Origin: Synechococcus sp.
GTDB lineage: Bacteria > Cyanobacteriota > Cyanobacteriia > PCC-6307 > Cyanobiaceae
Reading direction: 5' to 3'
NCBI GenBank assembly: GCA_047285805.1
Contig: JBJBCN010000002.1
Location: 96,001 to 160,000, forward strand
DNA length: 64,000 nucleotides
Shown: piece by piece, positions 11,060 through 23,136 of the stretch
Layout: every line of letters begins with the position of its first letter
How positions within the stretch are numbered: position 1 is the first letter of the stretch
Program-made: the position numbers and the translations under genes
The notes under the pieces: model-generated
What the model was told of the DNA's origin: nothing
Databases searched by the model: none
What the model saw: the letters and a program-made list of their open reading frames with translations, nothing else

Positions 11060-12085
11060 GTGGAGGCGCGTCGCAGGCCGCCTTGGGGCGTGGTGCTGGC
11101 GCTCCTGCAATTTCTCCTGGTTGCACCGCAGCCGGCCGATGCGAAGTTGCCCTTCATCGGCGACTTGTTTCGCGCCCAACCGAAGCCGAAGGTTCAGGGG
11201 CCGTCTGCCCCGGAGATCGAGGGCAGTACCCCAGAAGCCGAGTTTCACAAACTTCTCAAAAGCGGAGACCTAAGGGCACTAAACCTGGCCTGCCAGGAGG
11301 CTGCCAGTTTGGACTTTGTGACCCGCCTGCGCTTGCTGCAGCAGCGGCTGCTGACGGTGGCTCCGCCGCCCCAGCCCTTCCCGGTGGTGTTGATGAATGC
11401 CGATGCCCTGCTCAGCTGCAGGGCCCCGGATGCGGCCCTGGATGTGCTCAACCGCTTTGGCCCGGCCCCAGGCGTGGAGCGTGAGCAGTGGTTGGTCCAG
11501 CGTTGGCGTGCCGCTCAAGCCGGCTTGCATCACGCCCTGGCGGCGCGTCTCCTGGAACAACTGACGGCTGCAGACCCAGAACGGCTGGAAACCCTGGCCC
11601 TACCGATTCGAGTGAATGAGGACGGCACGGTGGTGACCCGGCCCGCCCTCGATCTCTATGTAGAGCACCTTTTGGTCTTGGAGCGCCGTCAGGAGGCCGC
11701 GGCACTGCTGCTGGCTGGGCAGCGTTCCAGGCAAGTGGCCGCCGAGCGGCTGAGTCAAGCGGTTGCCCTGCTCGAGCATCTCCCCATGGCGGAGCGCGAT
11801 CAGCTGATGGAGCGGGCCCTGGATCAGGCGGCCGCTGCACAGGCCTGGGGTTTGGCGATCGCGCTGTTGGAGCAGCAGCGGAGCCTGATCGAATCTGAGA
11901 CGCCTGGTGCGGTTGCGGAGCGTTCGCGCGCCCGTTTGATGCGCCTCAGCCAGCGCCTGGATGATGCTTACAGCGCGTGGGCCATCAAGCGAGAAGATTC
12001 TGAAGAAAGCGCCAGGGCCGACGCGTTGCAACAGCAACTGCGTTCCCCCCGCGACCCCGGAGGCCACGCCGCACCGCAACCATGA
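11060..12085 (+). CDS. hypothetical exported alpha-helical protein
   Basis: Long ORF with a signal-peptide-like hydrophobic stretch, overlapping the purC start (ATGA); start uncertain. Confidence 0.7.
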   Translation: MEARRRPPWGVVLALLQFLLVAPQPADAKLPFIGDLFRAQPKPKVQGPSAPEIEGSTPEAEFHKLLKSGDLRALNLACQEAASLDFVTRLRLLQQRLLTVAPPPQPFPVVLMNADALLSCRAPDAALDVLNRFGPAPGVEREQWLVQRWRAAQAGLHHALAARLLEQLTAADPERLETLALPIRVNEDGTVVTRPALDLYVEHLLVLERRQEAAALLLAGQRSRQVAAERLSQAVALLEHLPMAERDQLMERALDQAAAAQAWGLAIALLEQQRSLIESETPGAVAERSRARLMRLSQRLDDAYSAWAIKREDSEESARADALQQQLRSPRDPGGHAAPQP

Positions 12086-12840
12086 CCGCTTACACCCTCG
12101 GATCGCTCCTCTATGAAGGCAAGGCCAAGCGCGTCTACCAGACTGATCAAACCGATTTTGTGGCGGTTGAATACAAGGACGACGCCACCGCCTTCAACTC
12201 CTTGAAAAAGGCCCAGCTGGCGGGCAAGGGGCTGATGAACTGTCAGATCTCCGCGCGGCTGTTTGAGTTCCTCGAGCGCGAGGGGATTGCGACCCACTAC
12301 CTGTCTATGCAGGAACCCAACTGGATGTTGGTGAAGCCGGTTCAGATCGTTCCGGTGGAGGTTGTAGTGCGGAATATCGCCTTTGGTTCCCTCTGCAAGC
12401 AGATGCCGATCGAGCCCGGTACCCCGCTGGATCCACCCCTGCTCGATCTGTATTACAAGGACGACGCCTATGGCGATCCTCTGCTGACGGACGCGCGGCT
12501 GGAGCGTCTGGGTGTGCTGACCGCTCCGCAGCGCCAGGAGCTGGAGCGCCTTGCCATGGCTGTGAACATCTCCCTACGGCGCTTCTTCGCCGAGATCGCC
12601 TTGGAGCTGGTGGACTTCAAGATCGAGCTGGGATTCACCACATACGGTCAACTGGTGGTTGCCGATGAGATCAGTCCCGACACCTGCCGGCTCTGGGATC
12701 GCAACGTCAGCGGTGATGCCCAGGAGCGAATTTTGGACAAAGACCGTTTCCGCCAGGATCTCGGCGGTGTGGTCGAGGCCTACGGGAAGGTTCTCAAACG
12801 GGTCCAAGCCGCCTGCCCAGCACCCCGGTCGGGCAAGTAA
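12082..12840 (+). CDS. purC: SAICAR synthetase
   Basis: [33 protein letters not shown]. Confidence 0.97.
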   Translation: MTAYTLGSLLYEGKAKRVYQTDQTDFVAVEYKDDATAFNSLKKAQLAGKGLMNCQISARLFEFLEREGIATHYLSMQEPNWMLVKPVQIVPVEVVVRNIAFGSLCKQMPIEPGTPLDPPLLDLYYKDDAYGDPLLTDARLERLGVLTAPQRQELERLAMAVNISLRRFFAEIALELVDFKIELGFTTYGQLVVADEISPDTCRLWDRNVSGDAQERILDKDRFRQDLGGVVEAYGKVLKRVQAACPAPRSGK

Positions 12841-12881
12841 GTTCGGCGGCATTTGCGGTTCGCCGCACTAGTCCCCGTTCC

Positions 12882-15143
12882 ATGGCTGCACCCCGCAACG
12901 GCAAGAACCACACATGGAGCCTGGGGCTCGCATTGACTCTGCCTCTGGTGGCTGGGGTTGGTCCGGTGTGGGCGCAGGACACAAACCCCGAACCTGAGGA
13001 TCCTGCTCCGACCGAGCAACCGGCCTCTGAGACGCCCAGTATTCGGCCCTCGCTTGCCCCCAGCGCGGGCGAGTCCCTGGCGCCTGCCGCACCCGCTGAG
13101 CCCAGGGTTCTGATCAGCGAGGTGGTAGTCCAGGGGGCCGAGGGGCACCCGGAACAGGCGCGAATGGAGATCGCGGTCTACGACGGGATGGCCACACGCC
13201 CCGGCAGCCGCGTCACCCGCGGCGAACTGCAGACCGACCTCGCGGCGATCTACGCCAGCGGCTGGTTCTCCGATGTCCGCATCCAGCCGGTCGATAGCCC
13301 CCTGGGGGTGCAGCTGGTGGTCACCGTTGTGCCGAACCCGGTGCTCACCAAGGTGGAACTCGAGGGGGTCAGCGCGACCACCAAGCTTCCCGAGAACCTT
13401 CTTCCCGACATCTTTGCTGCGGACTATGGCAAAACCCTGAATCTCAATGCCCTGCAGGCGCGCATTGCCGAGCTCCAGAAGTGGTATGCCGATCAGGGGT
13501 ATTCCTTGGCTCGGGTGACGGGCCCCACCCGCGTCAGCCCCGCTGGTGTCGTGCAGCTGCTTGTACGTGAGGGCACCGTCGCCGGTGTTGAAGTGCAGTT
13601 CCTCAACAATGAGGGGGACAGCACCAACGAAAAGGGCCAGCCGATTCGCGGCAAAACCAAAACCTGGGTGGTTACTCGGGAGATTTCGATCAAGGCCGGC
13701 GACACCTTCAACCGCCGCCAACTCGAAGACGACATTAAGCGCCTCTACCGCACCGGCCTGTTCGGTGACGTCAAGGTCACCCTCCGCCCCGTGGCCGGTG
13801 AGCCGGGGGCCGTCACGATCGTCCTGGGAGTGGTGGAGCAGTCCACCGGCTCCCTCTCCGGCGGTATCGGCTACAGCCAGAGCCAGGGCATCTTTGGTCA
13901 GATCCAGCTCCAGGACAGCAACCTCTTTGGACGTGCCTGGGACCTGGCCCTCAACGTCACCTATGGCCAATTCGGTGGCCTGGCGGACCTCTCCTTCACG
14001 GATCCGTGGATCAAGGGCGACAAGTACCGCACGGCCTTCCGCACCAAGGTCTTCCTGAGCCGAGAAGTTCCGCAGGTGTTCCAGAGCCAGCAGAACGGCA
14101 ACTTCTACTCCGTCTCTGATGTCTCCCAAGGCTTCTTCAACGCCCCCAGCACGGCCCTTGCGTATCAGAGCAACTCCACGGTCTTCTCTGGTCCCTATGC
14201 TTCGCCGACCGCTGCGAAGGCGACGAATCCTCAGCTCGGGGACAACAACAATTGGTTCCAGCTCGACGGCAACGCCGTGGCGATCCAGCGGATTGGAGGC
14301 ACAGCGTCCTTTGCCCGCCCCCTGAACGGCGGTGACCCTTACAAGAAGGCCCCCTGGAATGTTGTCGTTGGCCTAAACGCGCAGCAGGTTAAGCCGATCA
14401 ACTTCGCGGGGGAGGCGATGCCCTATGCCACGGCCTCCAACAACTTCACGGGCAACGGCACGACCACCGCAAGCAACGTGATTTGTGTGGCCTACAACTG
14501 CGAAAACGGCGCCACGACCAACCAATTGGTCGGCCTGCGGTTGGCGGCTTCGATGAACACCCTCAACGATCCCCGAAACCCCACCAAGGGGAACTTCCTG
14601 AGCGTTGGCACCGAGCAATTTGTCTCCGTAGGCCAAGACTCTCCGACCTTCAACCGTCTGCGGGCCAGTGCCACCCATTACATCCCGGTGAATTGGCTGA
14701 AGTTCTACAAGGGCTGCCGTCCAAAACCCGGTCAGAAGGAGGACTGCAAACAGGCCCTGGCTTTCCAAGCCTCAGTGGGCACCAACCTTGGCAACATGCC
14801 CGTTTACGAGGCCTTCTGCTTGGGTGGCTCGAACTCCGTTCGCGGCTACTACGACTGCGACCTGGGCGTGGGTAAGAGCTTCGGTGAGGCGACGGTGGAA
14901 TACCGCTTCCCGATCTTCAGCATCATCAGCGGCGAAGTCTTCGTTGACGCCGGCAGCACCTTCGGCAGCCAGGCAAATGTCCCCGGTAACCCGGGCACCC
15001 TGCTGGATAAGCCCGGCGACGGTGTGTCTCCTGGTGTGGGTGTGATTGTCACCACCCCGGTGGGTCCCCTGCGTTTGGAGGTGGCCAGCCAGGACTTCAC
15101 CGACGAATGGCGCTTCAACCTCGGCGTGGGTTGGAAGTTCTGA
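12882..15143 (+). CDS. bamA: Omp85/BamA outer-membrane protein assembly factor
   Basis: Signal peptide, POTRA repeats, LGGSNSVRGY motif, C-terminal Phe. Confidence 0.93.
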   Translation: MAAPRNGKNHTWSLGLALTLPLVAGVGPVWAQDTNPEPEDPAPTEQPASETPSIRPSLAPSAGESLAPAAPAEPRVLISEVVVQGAEGHPEQARMEIAVYDGMATRPGSRVTRGELQTDLAAIYASGWFSDVRIQPVDSPLGVQLVVTVVPNPVLTKVELEGVSATTKLPENLLPDIFAADYGKTLNLNALQARIAELQKWYADQGYSLARVTGPTRVSPAGVVQLLVREGTVAGVEVQFLNNEGDSTNEKGQPIRGKTKTWVVTREISIKAGDTFNRRQLEDDIKRLYRTGLFGDVKVTLRPVAGEPGAVTIVLGVVEQSTGSLSGGIGYSQSQGIFGQIQLQDSNLFGRAWDLALNVTYGQFGGLADLSFTDPWIKGDKYRTAFRTKVFLSREVPQVFQSQQNGNFYSVSDVSQGFFNAPSTALAYQSNSTVFSGPYASPTAAKATNPQLGDNNNWFQLDGNAVAIQRIGGTASFARPLNGGDPYKKAPWNVVVGLNAQQVKPINFAGEAMPYATASNNFTGNGTTTASNVICVAYNCENGATTNQLVGLRLAASMNTLNDPRNPTKGNFLSVGTEQFVSVGQDSPTFNRLRASATHYIPVNWLKFYKGCRPKPGQKEDCKQALAFQASVGTNLGNMPVYEAFCLGGSNSVRGYYDCDLGVGKSFGEATVEYRFPIFSIISGEVFVDAGSTFGSQANVPGNPGTLLDKPGDGVSPGVGVIVTTPVGPLRLEVASQDFTDEWRFNLGVGWKF

Positions 15144-15153
15144 GGTTGCTCCC

Positions 15154-15996
15154 GTGACAACTTGGCCCAGCGATTACAGCCAGGCTTGGACCTTGGCGAA
15201 ACCCGTGGAGCGCTCCGGTGTGGGTCTCCACAGCGGCCTTGAAGCCAAGGTGCGGCTGGAACCAGCTGAGCAGCCAGGCTTCTATGTGGGCTGGCTGAAT
15301 GCTCCCGAGCGTCCCCACGTGCGCTTGCAGCCCTCCATGGTGTGCGAGACCCAGCTATGCACGGCTCTGCAGCTCGGCGAGCAGCGCCTGGCCACCGTGG
15401 AACATCTCTTGGCGGCCCTAGCCGGTGTGGGTGTGACCTCGGCGCTGATCTTGGTGGATGGTGAGGAGATTCCCCTGCTGGATGGCTCAGCCCAGCCCTG
15501 GGTGGAAGCCTTGGCGGAAGCCGGTCTGCAGTGCCTGGGCTCCCACCCGGACTCCGTGCCCCTGAGCGAACCGATCACCCTGCAGCAGGGTCAGAGTTTC
15601 GCTATAGCGCTCCCCAGTGACCGCCTGCGGTTGGGGGCAGCCATCGAATTCCCCCACCCCGCCATTGGCCGGCAGCTGTTCAACATCGAGCTCACGCCCC
15701 AGCGCTTCGTTGAGGAGATTGCCCCCGCCAGAACTTTCGGGTTCAAGGATCAAGTTGATCAGTTGCGTGCCGCCGGCTTGATTCAGGGGGGCGCCTTGGA
15801 CAACGCCCTGGTCTGCGACGGCGAGGGTTGGCTGAATCCTCCACTGCGCTTTGCCGACGAGCCCGTGCGCCATAAGCTGCTTGACCTATTGGGCGATCTC
15901 GCCTTAGCGGGACTGCCTATGGCCCAGGTGTTCGCCTTCCGTGGTTCCCACGGACTCCACACCTCCTTGGCTGCTGCTCTGGTTTCTTCTCGCTGA
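15154..15996 (+). CDS. lpxC: UDP-3-O-acyl-N-acetylglucosamine deacetylase
   Basis: [30 protein letters not shown]; start at GTG 15154. Confidence 0.95.
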   Translation: MTTWPSDYSQAWTLAKPVERSGVGLHSGLEAKVRLEPAEQPGFYVGWLNAPERPHVRLQPSMVCETQLCTALQLGEQRLATVEHLLAALAGVGVTSALILVDGEEIPLLDGSAQPWVEALAEAGLQCLGSHPDSVPLSEPITLQQGQSFAIALPSDRLRLGAAIEFPHPAIGRQLFNIELTPQRFVEEIAPARTFGFKDQVDQLRAAGLIQGGALDNALVCDGEGWLNPPLRFADEPVRHKLLDLLGDLALAGLPMAQVFAFRGSHGLHTSLAAALVSSR

Positions 15997-16001
15997 GTCT
16001 C

Positions 16002-16460
16002 TTGTCTTCATCCGCCTCCCCATCCGCCCCTGTTCTGAACAGCGAGCAGATTCAGGGACTCCTGCCTCATCGCTACCCCTTCGCCCTCGTGGATCGGGTT
16101 ATTGAGCACGAGCCGGGCAAGCGGGCGGTGGCGATCAAGAACGTCACCTTCAACGAGCCCCAGTTCCAGGGCCATTTCCCTGGTCGCCCGTTGATGCCGG
16201 GGGTCCTGATCGTTGAGGCGATGGCCCAGGTTGGGGGTTTGATCGTCACACAAATGCCAGACCTGCCCAAGGGGTTGTTTGTCTTTGCGGGCATCGATGG
16301 CGTGCGCTTCCGCCGGCCGGTCGTCCCCGGCGATCAGCTGGTGATGACTTGCGAACTGCTCTCCCTCAAGCGACAACGGTTCGGGAAAGTCAAGGCGGAG
16401 GCCACGGTGGACGGACAGCTGGTCTGCTCCGGTGAATTGATGTTCTCCTTGGTCGATTGA
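16002..16460 (+). CDS. fabZ: 3-hydroxyacyl-ACP dehydratase
   Basis: [36 protein letters not shown]. Confidence 0.97.
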   Translation: MSSSASPSAPVLNSEQIQGLLPHRYPFALVDRVIEHEPGKRAVAIKNVTFNEPQFQGHFPGRPLMPGVLIVEAMAQVGGLIVTQMPDLPKGLFVFAGIDGVRFRRPVVPGDQLVMTCELLSLKRQRFGKVKAEATVDGQLVCSGELMFSLVD

Positions 16461-16469
16461 ATTCCCCCC

Positions 16470-17303
16470 ATGACTCAGGCCGTGATGAACGGGGACAGCA
16501 CCCGAATCCATCCCACCGCCGTGGTGGATCCCAAGGCTCAGATCGACGTGTGCGTGGACATCGGTCCCTACGCCGTGGTTGGACCTGAGGTCTCGATCGG
16601 TTCAGGAACGCGCATCGGTCCACATGTGGTGCTCGATGGTCGCGTCAGCATCGGCCAGCGCAACCGCATCTTCCCGGGAGCATCCATTGGTGCTGAACCC
16701 CAGGACCTCAAATACAACGGTGCCCCCACTGAGGTAGTGATTGGCGACGACAACGCCATTCGCGAATGCGTGACCATCAATCGCGCCACCAATGAGGGAG
16801 AGCAGACCCGCATCGGCAACGGCAATCTGTTGATGGCTTACAGCCACCTGGGTCACAACTGCGACCTGGGCAACCGGATCGTGATTGCCAACGGTGTGGC
16901 CGTGGCCGGCCATGTGGTGATCGGTGATCGCGCGGTCATTGGTGGCGTCCTCGGCATCCACCAATTCGTCCACATCGGCACCATGGCGATGGTGGGTGGC
17001 ATGAGCCGCATCGACCGTGATGTGCCGCCTTACGCGATCGTCGAGGGGCATCCCGGTCGTCTGCGCGGCTTGAACCGGATTGGCTTGAAGCGCAGTGGTT
17101 TGGCCGAACTGGATGGGGGAGCGCAGACCAAGCAATTGCAGCAGGTCTGGGCGCAGCTCTATCGCGGTGATGTGGTCTTGGCTGAGGCGATCAAGGGCGT
17201 GAGGGAGCAGACACTTCTGCCCCCTGCGGAAACCCTGGTGAGCTTCCTGGAGGCTTCGATTGGCCCCGGACGCCGAGGTCCCCTGCCCGCCGGGCGTTCA
17301 TGA
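16470..17303 (+). CDS. lpxA: UDP-N-acetylglucosamine O-acyltransferase
   Basis: IHPTAVV hexapeptide repeats; [14 protein letters not shown]. Confidence 0.96.
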   Translation: MTQAVMNGDSTRIHPTAVVDPKAQIDVCVDIGPYAVVGPEVSIGSGTRIGPHVVLDGRVSIGQRNRIFPGASIGAEPQDLKYNGAPTEVVIGDDNAIRECVTINRATNEGEQTRIGNGNLLMAYSHLGHNCDLGNRIVIANGVAVAGHVVIGDRAVIGGVLGIHQFVHIGTMAMVGGMSRIDRDVPPYAIVEGHPGRLRGLNRIGLKRSGLAELDGGAQTKQLQQVWAQLYRGDVVLAEAIKGVREQTLLPPAETLVSFLEASIGPGRRGPLPAGRS

Positions 17304-18490
17304 GGCGATTGCTGATCAGCACCGGAGAAGTCTCCGGTGACTTGCAGGGTGGACTGTTAGTCCAATCCCTGCACGACGAAGCCCAATCCCGTGGTCTGGA
17401 GCTCGAGGTGGTTGCCCTCGGCGGAGAGCGGATGCGCCAGGCCGGGGCCACCCTTCTGGCCAACACCACGGCGATGGGGGCCATTGGCCTTTGGGAGGCT
17501 CTGCCCTTGGTATGGCCCACCCTGCTGATCCAACGTCGGGTTGATCAGTGGTTGCGTGATTTTCCCCCCGATGGCGTGGTGCTCATCGATTACATGGGGG
17601 CCAACGTCAACCTGGGCGTCAAGGTCAAGCGTCGTCTGCCAGGGACGCCGATCCTGTATTACATCGCCCCTCAGGAGTGGGCCTTTCGTGTAGGCGAAGG
17701 CGGCACCACCCGGCTGATCGGCTTCACGGATCGGATCCTGGCGATCTTTCCGGAGGAGGCGCGTTTTTATGGCTCCCGTGGGGCCGATGTCACCTGGGTG
17801 GGGCATCCCCTGATCGACACCTTGTCACACCTGCCCAGCCGCGATGAGGCCAGGGCGGCGTTGGGGCTGCAGCCGGGGCAGCGTCTGCTGCTGCTGTTCC
17901 CCGCCTCGCGTCAGCAGGAATTGCGCTACCTCCTACCGACCTTGGCCCAGGCGGCAGCGGAATTGCAGCGGTGTTGTCCCGGGCTGCAGGTGATGGTCCC
18001 CGCGAGCCAGGCCAGCTTCGAGCCGGTGCTGCGGGAACTGCTGGAGCAGGCCGGGGTCCAGGCCCGGGTGATCCCCGCGGCGGAAGCCGATGTGCTGCGT
18101 CCGGTGCTGTGTGCAGCGGCGGATTTGGCCCTCAACAAATCCGGCACGGTCAACCTCGAGTTGGCCCTTCGCGGTGTGCCCCAGGTGGTCGCCTATCGGG
18201 TCAGCCGTCCCACGGCCTGGGTGGCCAAGACCATCCTGCGCTTCCACGTCGATCACATCTCACCGGTCAACCTCGTTGTGGGCGAGCGCCTGGTGCCGGA
18301 GTTGCTGCAGGACGAGCTCACCCCGGACTTGGTGGTGGAGGCGGCCTTGCCCCTGCTGGAGGATCCGGCTGAGCGCAAGCGGGTCAGCGAAGGCTACCGC
18401 CGCATGCGTGAACTCCTGGGTGAACCTGGGGTCACCCGCCGGGCGGCGTCGGCCATCCTGGATGCCCTGCCGGAGACCACCTCCTCATGA
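17300..18490 (+). CDS. lpxB: lipid-A-disaccharide synthase
   Basis: [32 protein letters not shown]. Confidence 0.95.
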   Translation: MRRLLISTGEVSGDLQGGLLVQSLHDEAQSRGLELEVVALGGERMRQAGATLLANTTAMGAIGLWEALPLVWPTLLIQRRVDQWLRDFPPDGVVLIDYMGANVNLGVKVKRRLPGTPILYYIAPQEWAFRVGEGGTTRLIGFTDRILAIFPEEARFYGSRGADVTWVGHPLIDTLSHLPSRDEARAALGLQPGQRLLLLFPASRQQELRYLLPTLAQAAAELQRCCPGLQVMVPASQASFEPVLRELLEQAGVQARVIPAAEADVLRPVLCAAADLALNKSGTVNLELALRGVPQVVAYRVSRPTAWVAKTILRFHVDHISPVNLVVGERLVPELLQDELTPDLVVEAALPLLEDPAERKRVSEGYRRMRELLGEPGVTRRAASAILDALPETTSS

Positions 18491-19122
18491 TTCGCCGCGT
18501 GTTGACTGCTTGCTTGGCCATCGGCCTGGTGCTGCTCGGTCCCGGTGCTGCGGCCTGGGCGGCGACAGAAGAGGCGGTCTTGGCCGGTGGATGTTTCTGG
18601 TGCCTTGAGCACGACCTGGAGGGTCTACCGGGGGTGATCGATGCCGAGAGCGGCTACAGCGGCGGTTATCTGGAGAATCCCAGCTACGGCCAGGTCAGCT
18701 CCGGTGGAACGGGACACCAGGAGGTGGTGCGGATCCGCTTTGATCCCCAGCGCATCAGCTATCCCACCCTGCTGCGGGCCTACTGGCGCAACGTTGACCC
18801 TTTTGATGGCGGTGGTCAGTTCTGTGATCGCGGAGGCTCCTACACGCCCGTAATCTTTACCGAGGGGGATCAACAGCTCAAGGAAGCGAAAGCCAGTCTT
18901 CAGTCCGCCGCTCAAGAACTCGGCAAGCCTCCATCGGCGATCAAGGTGCAGATCAAACCCCTGAAACGCTTCTGGCCTGCGGAGGGCTATCACCAGAACT
19001 ATGCGGTGAACAACGCGATCAAATACAACTACTACCGCTGGGCCTGCGGTCGTGATCGCCGTTTGGATCAGGTCTTGGGCACCAGGGCCCGCAGCTACGC
19101 TCCCTGGGTGGTCAAGCGATGA
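18487..19122 (+). CDS. msrA: peptide-methionine (S)-S-oxide reductase, exported
   Basis: AGGCFWC active site; [11 protein letters not shown]; signal peptide. Confidence 0.95.
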   Translation: MIRRVLTACLAIGLVLLGPGAAAWAATEEAVLAGGCFWCLEHDLEGLPGVIDAESGYSGGYLENPSYGQVSSGGTGHQEVVRIRFDPQRISYPTLLRAYWRNVDPFDGGGQFCDRGGSYTPVIFTEGDQQLKEAKASLQSAAQELGKPPSAIKVQIKPLKRFWPAEGYHQNYAVNNAIKYNYYRWACGRDRRLDQVLGTRARSYAPWVVKR

Positions 19123-19265
19123 CTCGCTGCCGACCTGAATCCTGAGGAAAAGCTAAAGCTCCGATGGCGGGAAATTCGCCTTTCCCCTGTGTTGATACGG
19201 CTTTTGCGACTTTTTACTCTTGGCGACCGGAATTACTGTGATTAGGTCTCGACTGCAGGTTTTGT

Positions 19266-19460
19266 ATGTATCTGCTGACGATTCGCGATGGTCTCGTGAC
19301 ACGTCATATCGGCCCTTATGCCACTCCGAAGCAGGCTTCGGACGATCTCGATCGCCTGTTGAAGCTCTTTGGTGATCGGGCCCGCTGGCAAATCCACGCT
19401 TTGGAAGAGCCCGCATCTCTGTTGGGCGATGCCAGCGCGTCCGTGGCGACGGCCGCTTAG
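19266..19460 (+). CDS. small hypothetical protein
   Basis: 64-aa ORF filling the gap; plausible codon usage. Confidence 0.6.
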   Translation: MYLLTIRDGLVTRHIGPYATPKQASDDLDRLLKLFGDRARWQIHALEEPASLLGDASASVATAA

Positions 19461-19699
19461 GGGCGGCCCTGTTGCTGGCCAGGGTAGCCCCGCAGCAGGC
19501 CGCTTTCCACCATCAATCCCACAGCCGCCACGATGGCCACGAGGCTGAGGGTGCCGTACCAGAACCAAGGTCCGTGGGGCTGACCGAGGGCCTGGAGCGT
19601 CCGCCTTTGCACGGCCTCTCCGAAGAGGCAGAGCCCGGCCGGCAGGAGCAGGACGCTCAACTGGGCTTTGACGTACCAGCGAAGTTTGGGCACCGCCAT
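19457..19699 (-). CDS. small two-TM membrane protein
   Basis: Two hydrophobic segments; follows pepA on the same strand. Confidence 0.65.
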   Translation of the reverse strand: MAVPKLRWYVKAQLSVLLLPAGLCLFGEAVQRRTLQALGQPHGPWFWYGTLSLVAIVAAVGLMVESGLLRGYPGQQQGRP

Positions 19700-19731
19700 G
19701 CTGCAGGTTGGGTCGCTCGCAGGGCTGCAGC

Positions 19732-21234
19732 CTAGGCGGCGCCCCCTGCCAGGACCCAGTTCACCAGGGTGCGAACGCCATATCCGGTCGCGCCTGCGGG
19801 ATCCAGGCCTCGACCTTTGTCGCTCCAGACGGTGCCCGCGATGTCTATGTGGGCCCAGGAGATCTCTTTGTTGACGAAGTCCTGGAGGAAGAGGGCCGCA
19901 GTGATCGAGCCTCCCGGGCGGGGACCGGTGTTCTTCATGTCGGCCAGGCCACTCTTGAGGCCAGCGCGGTAGGAGGCCCTCAGGGGCATCCGCCAGAGGT
20001 TTTCGCCACCGTCCTCCCCAGCCTGGACCAGGGCCTCGGCCAGGGTGTCGCTCGGTGACCAGAGGCCTGCGATCTCATCGCCCAGGGCAATCACGCAGGC
20101 TCCTGTCAAGGTGGCTAGGTCCACCACGGCGTCGGGATCCAGCCTGCAGGCGTAGACCAGGGCATCCGCCAGGGTCAGGCGCCCTTCGGCATCGGTGTTG
20201 TTGATCTCGATCGTTTTGCCGTTGGAGGCGGTCACGATCGCTCCGGGGTGTATCGCCCCGCCGCTGATCATGTTTTCGCAGGCGGCCACGAGCATGTGGA
20301 CTTCGATGCCCGCAGGCTTGAGTTCAGCGATGGCCCTCATCGCGCCCAGCACGGCGCCGCTGCCGCCCATGTCGAACTTCATCATGTCGATTTGGGAGCC
20401 GGCAGTTTTGAGGTTGTACCCGCCGGAATCGAAAGTCAGGCCTTTGCCCACCAGCACCAGTCGCCGATTGACCTCCCCTTGGGGGCTGTAGGTGAGGTGG
20501 ATGAACTTCGGCGGCAGGTCCGAGCCCTGGGCCACCGCTAAATAGGAGCCCATCCCGAGGGCTTCACAGTCCGCCCGCTCGAGCACTTTCAGCTGCAGGC
20601 CAAAGTCGCGGGCGATGGTTGCGGCGCTTTCGGCCAGGGCGGCAGGGGTGACGACGTTTGGCGGGGCGGCCACGAGTTCACGGGCGAGCTCGACACCGCT
20701 GCAGATGGCCTGGCTTCTGCTCGCTGCGCTTTGGCAGGGGGGCAGCTGGTCGGAGGGAAGACCGAGCAGCTCCACCTGGGCGGGCTGCGTTGAGGGCTCA
20801 GCCTCACCCTTGAAACGCTGGTCCCGGAAAAGGATCAATCGAACTGCTTCAGCCATGGCCGAGGTGGCCGCCACCGGCGCGAAGCCCTCGAGGGGCAGGT
20901 TGAGGCCCACGCTGCTGGCACCACTGCCATTGGCGGCTTTGGCGCCAATGGCAGTGGCTTTGCGCAGGTGCTCGAGGTTGAACTCCGCGGCGGCACCTAG
21001 GCCCACCAGCACCAGCGTGCTGGGCTCTTGATTGAGAAGCTCCAGCACGAGGTTTTCACCTGGTTTGGCTTTGAAGCGGCGCCGCTCTATGCGCTCCAGC
21101 AGCGCGTCGCCGAAGCGGGCCTTCATCAGCTCGCGGCTGCTGTCTCCAGGGGCGTCGCTGAACAGACCCACCACCAGGGCCTGCCCCGTCCATTCGCGGG
21201 CGGTGGCGCTGCTGCAGCGGATCTCCATGGCCAT
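19732..21234 (-). CDS. pepA: leucyl aminopeptidase (M17)
   Basis: VGKGLTFDSGG, MKFDMGG, NTDAEGRL. Confidence 0.96.
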   Translation of the reverse strand: MAMEIRCSSATAREWTGQALVVGLFSDAPGDSSRELMKARFGDALLERIERRRFKAKPGENLVLELLNQEPSTLVLVGLGAAAEFNLEHLRKATAIGAKAANGSGASSVGLNLPLEGFAPVAATSAMAEAVRLILFRDQRFKGEAEPSTQPAQVELLGLPSDQLPPCQSAASRSQAICSGVELARELVAAPPNVVTPAALAESAATIARDFGLQLKVLERADCEALGMGSYLAVAQGSDLPPKFIHLTYSPQGEVNRRLVLVGKGLTFDSGGYNLKTAGSQIDMMKFDMGGSGAVLGAMRAIAELKPAGIEVHMLVAACENMISGGAIHPGAIVTASNGKTIEINNTDAEGRLTLADALVYACRLDPDAVVDLATLTGACVIALGDEIAGLWSPSDTLAEALVQAGEDGGENLWRMPLRASYRAGLKSGLADMKNTGPRPGGSITAALFLQDFVNKEISWAHIDIAGTVWSDKGRGLDPAGATGYGVRTLVNWVLAGGAA

Positions 21235-21265
21235 CTCAAGCTCAATGGGCGCGATGGTAGAGCGA

Positions 21266-21865
21266 TCAGCCTGGCTCGGCCGTGAAGGGGGTGGCCCAGC
21301 GGCCGCGGGTTTCTTTGTTGAAGGGGGGCAGCCAGTGCCGAATCAAGGCTTGCTCAAGGGCTTGCCGAGCCCTGCGTTGGCTGGGGGCGTCGTGCCAGAA
21401 GCGGATGCTGAGCTGCGCCTGTAGGCCCGCCTGCTGCAGGGCCTCGCCGTAGGCCGCCAGGTAGTACTTGCAGTCGTGCTCTCCTTTCCAGCGGCGGTCC
21501 GCCTGCTGGGTCTCCCCGACATAGAGCAAGAGAGACCCTTCGAGATGGGGCGGCCGGTCCAATACGAAGTACAGGGCGGCGCCATCGAGCTGACGCTCGG
21601 GCCAGCGCCAGAACTGCAGGTGCTGTGGGGCCAGTTGCAGCGGGTCCAGACGCTGCACTGCGGCGGCGCCGATGCTGCTGCCGCCAAAGAGGTCCATCTG
21701 GCCCGGGGGGCGCTTGCTGCCGCTGGCCACCGCCTCAAAGCGGGGTCCCTGGAAATCGAGCAGGCGTTGCTGCCAATCGATCAGCTGATGCTCCTGGAGC
21801 GGCAGTGTCTTGCCGCCGCCGCTGTTGACGGGAGTGGAGCCAAAGAGTTCGCCTTGGCGTCCCAT
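21266..21865 (-). CDS. GIY-YIG nuclease-like protein
   Basis: ALYFV...LLYVGET...RRW...LEQALI..WLPPFN pattern. Confidence 0.75.
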   Translation of the reverse strand: MGRQGELFGSTPVNSGGGKTLPLQEHQLIDWQQRLLDFQGPRFEAVASGSKRPPGQMDLFGGSSIGAAAVQRLDPLQLAPQHLQFWRWPERQLDGAALYFVLDRPPHLEGSLLLYVGETQQADRRWKGEHDCKYYLAAYGEALQQAGLQAQLSIRFWHDAPSQRRARQALEQALIRHWLPPFNKETRGRWATPFTAEPG

Positions 21866-21868
21866 CCC

Positions 21869-22543
21869 TTAGGCCGATCGGGGGAGTTCGGGCCCCGCTG
21901 ACCCCTGGCCAAAACGCACCTTGCCGATCAGGGCCTCCACGACCGCGGCGGGGAGTTGCAGCCGTTGTTGCAGGTCGGCGAGGTCCTGGAATGGGGCCCG
22001 TTGGCGTTCCCGCAGTAGCCGTTGCCGCCGCTCGGGGCTCAGCTGTGGCAGCTGCCGTTCCAAGGCTTGGGCAGGCGCGCGGTTTAGATCAATCAGGAGG
22101 GGCCGTACGGTGCTCGGGGCCCCATCGCCGTACCAGCGGAATTGCAGCAGGGGTTCCCAGATCGCGACCACGGCGGCAGGGAGATCCAGCAGGCGCTGCA
22201 GATCCTCCGGGCCACTCAGTTGCACGCCCCCTTGCTGCAGCCGAAGCAGAAGGTCGACCTGATCCCGCTGGATCTCGGGGAGACGTAACCAGTCATCGGC
22301 ACTGGCCCGGTTCACATCCAGCCGCCAGCCCAGGGCGGCGGCATGCTGCACCTCCTGGGCGTTGGCGAGGCGCAGGTTGGGGTTGTGCTCGAGCTTCAGT
22401 TCGAGCAGGTCTTGCTCGACGCACTCCTCAAGGGGGCGCGCTTCCGGTGCTGCAGGGCGGGCGGCCGTCTCACGCCGGGGCAGTTGTCCGGCCGCTTCCA
22501 GCAGGCCCCGGGCCAGAGGATCCAACCAGTGGCCTCGGCCCAT
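21869..22543 (-). CDS. helix-hairpin-helix (ComEA-like) protein
   Basis: LDVNRAS and IDLNRAP HhH starts; PFQDLADL. Confidence 0.75.
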   Translation of the reverse strand: MGRGHWLDPLARGLLEAAGQLPRRETAARPAAPEARPLEECVEQDLLELKLEHNPNLRLANAQEVQHAAALGWRLDVNRASADDWLRLPEIQRDQVDLLLRLQQGGVQLSGPEDLQRLLDLPAAVVAIWEPLLQFRWYGDGAPSTVRPLLIDLNRAPAQALERQLPQLSPERRQRLLRERQRAPFQDLADLQQRLQLPAAVVEALIGKVRFGQGSAGPELPRSA

Positions 22544-23136
22544 GACGGTGTCGGGTGCTGCGGAACCGCCCGACCTTAACGAGGGTCTGGCCACTCGACC
22601 AAGCCGAGTCGAATTCCCTGCACCGCGGCCTGGATTCGGCTCTTGGCGTTCAGTTTGTGGAAGATGTGACGGTGGCTACTAGTATCTCTAAAAACCTTGC
22701 TGTCACTGGGATCTTTGGTGGCCAAACGTGTTAGGCATCTGTTGGGCAATCGGTGCTGCCTGGATTCTTGGCGACAGTCACAGATCGCGGAACAGGGACC
22801 AGCACAAGGTTCAGCTGGCTACATCTGACGGCTTTTTGCTGGTCGCTGGTCGTGGACAGGCTTCGACCTGATCTTTATCACCCCGTCACACAACAAGCTG
22901 TCGCAGCTGGTTTTGGCTGCTTTTGGACAAGAGTGGATCAGCTATTGGACACACAAAGGCTTTAGGTGATCCTTCACCTCATAGTCCTCCGATTCCAGTA
23001 GTAGCAGTCGGTTTGGCTGATAGTTCGAGTAAGTGTCGCCGATTGGTTTGGGTTGGTCTCTCGTCGGACTGCTCAACCGTTTTCCCTTTGGTTGATCTGA
23101 CCTGAGTGGCCAGATCTTGCCTGGCATTAGGCCTGC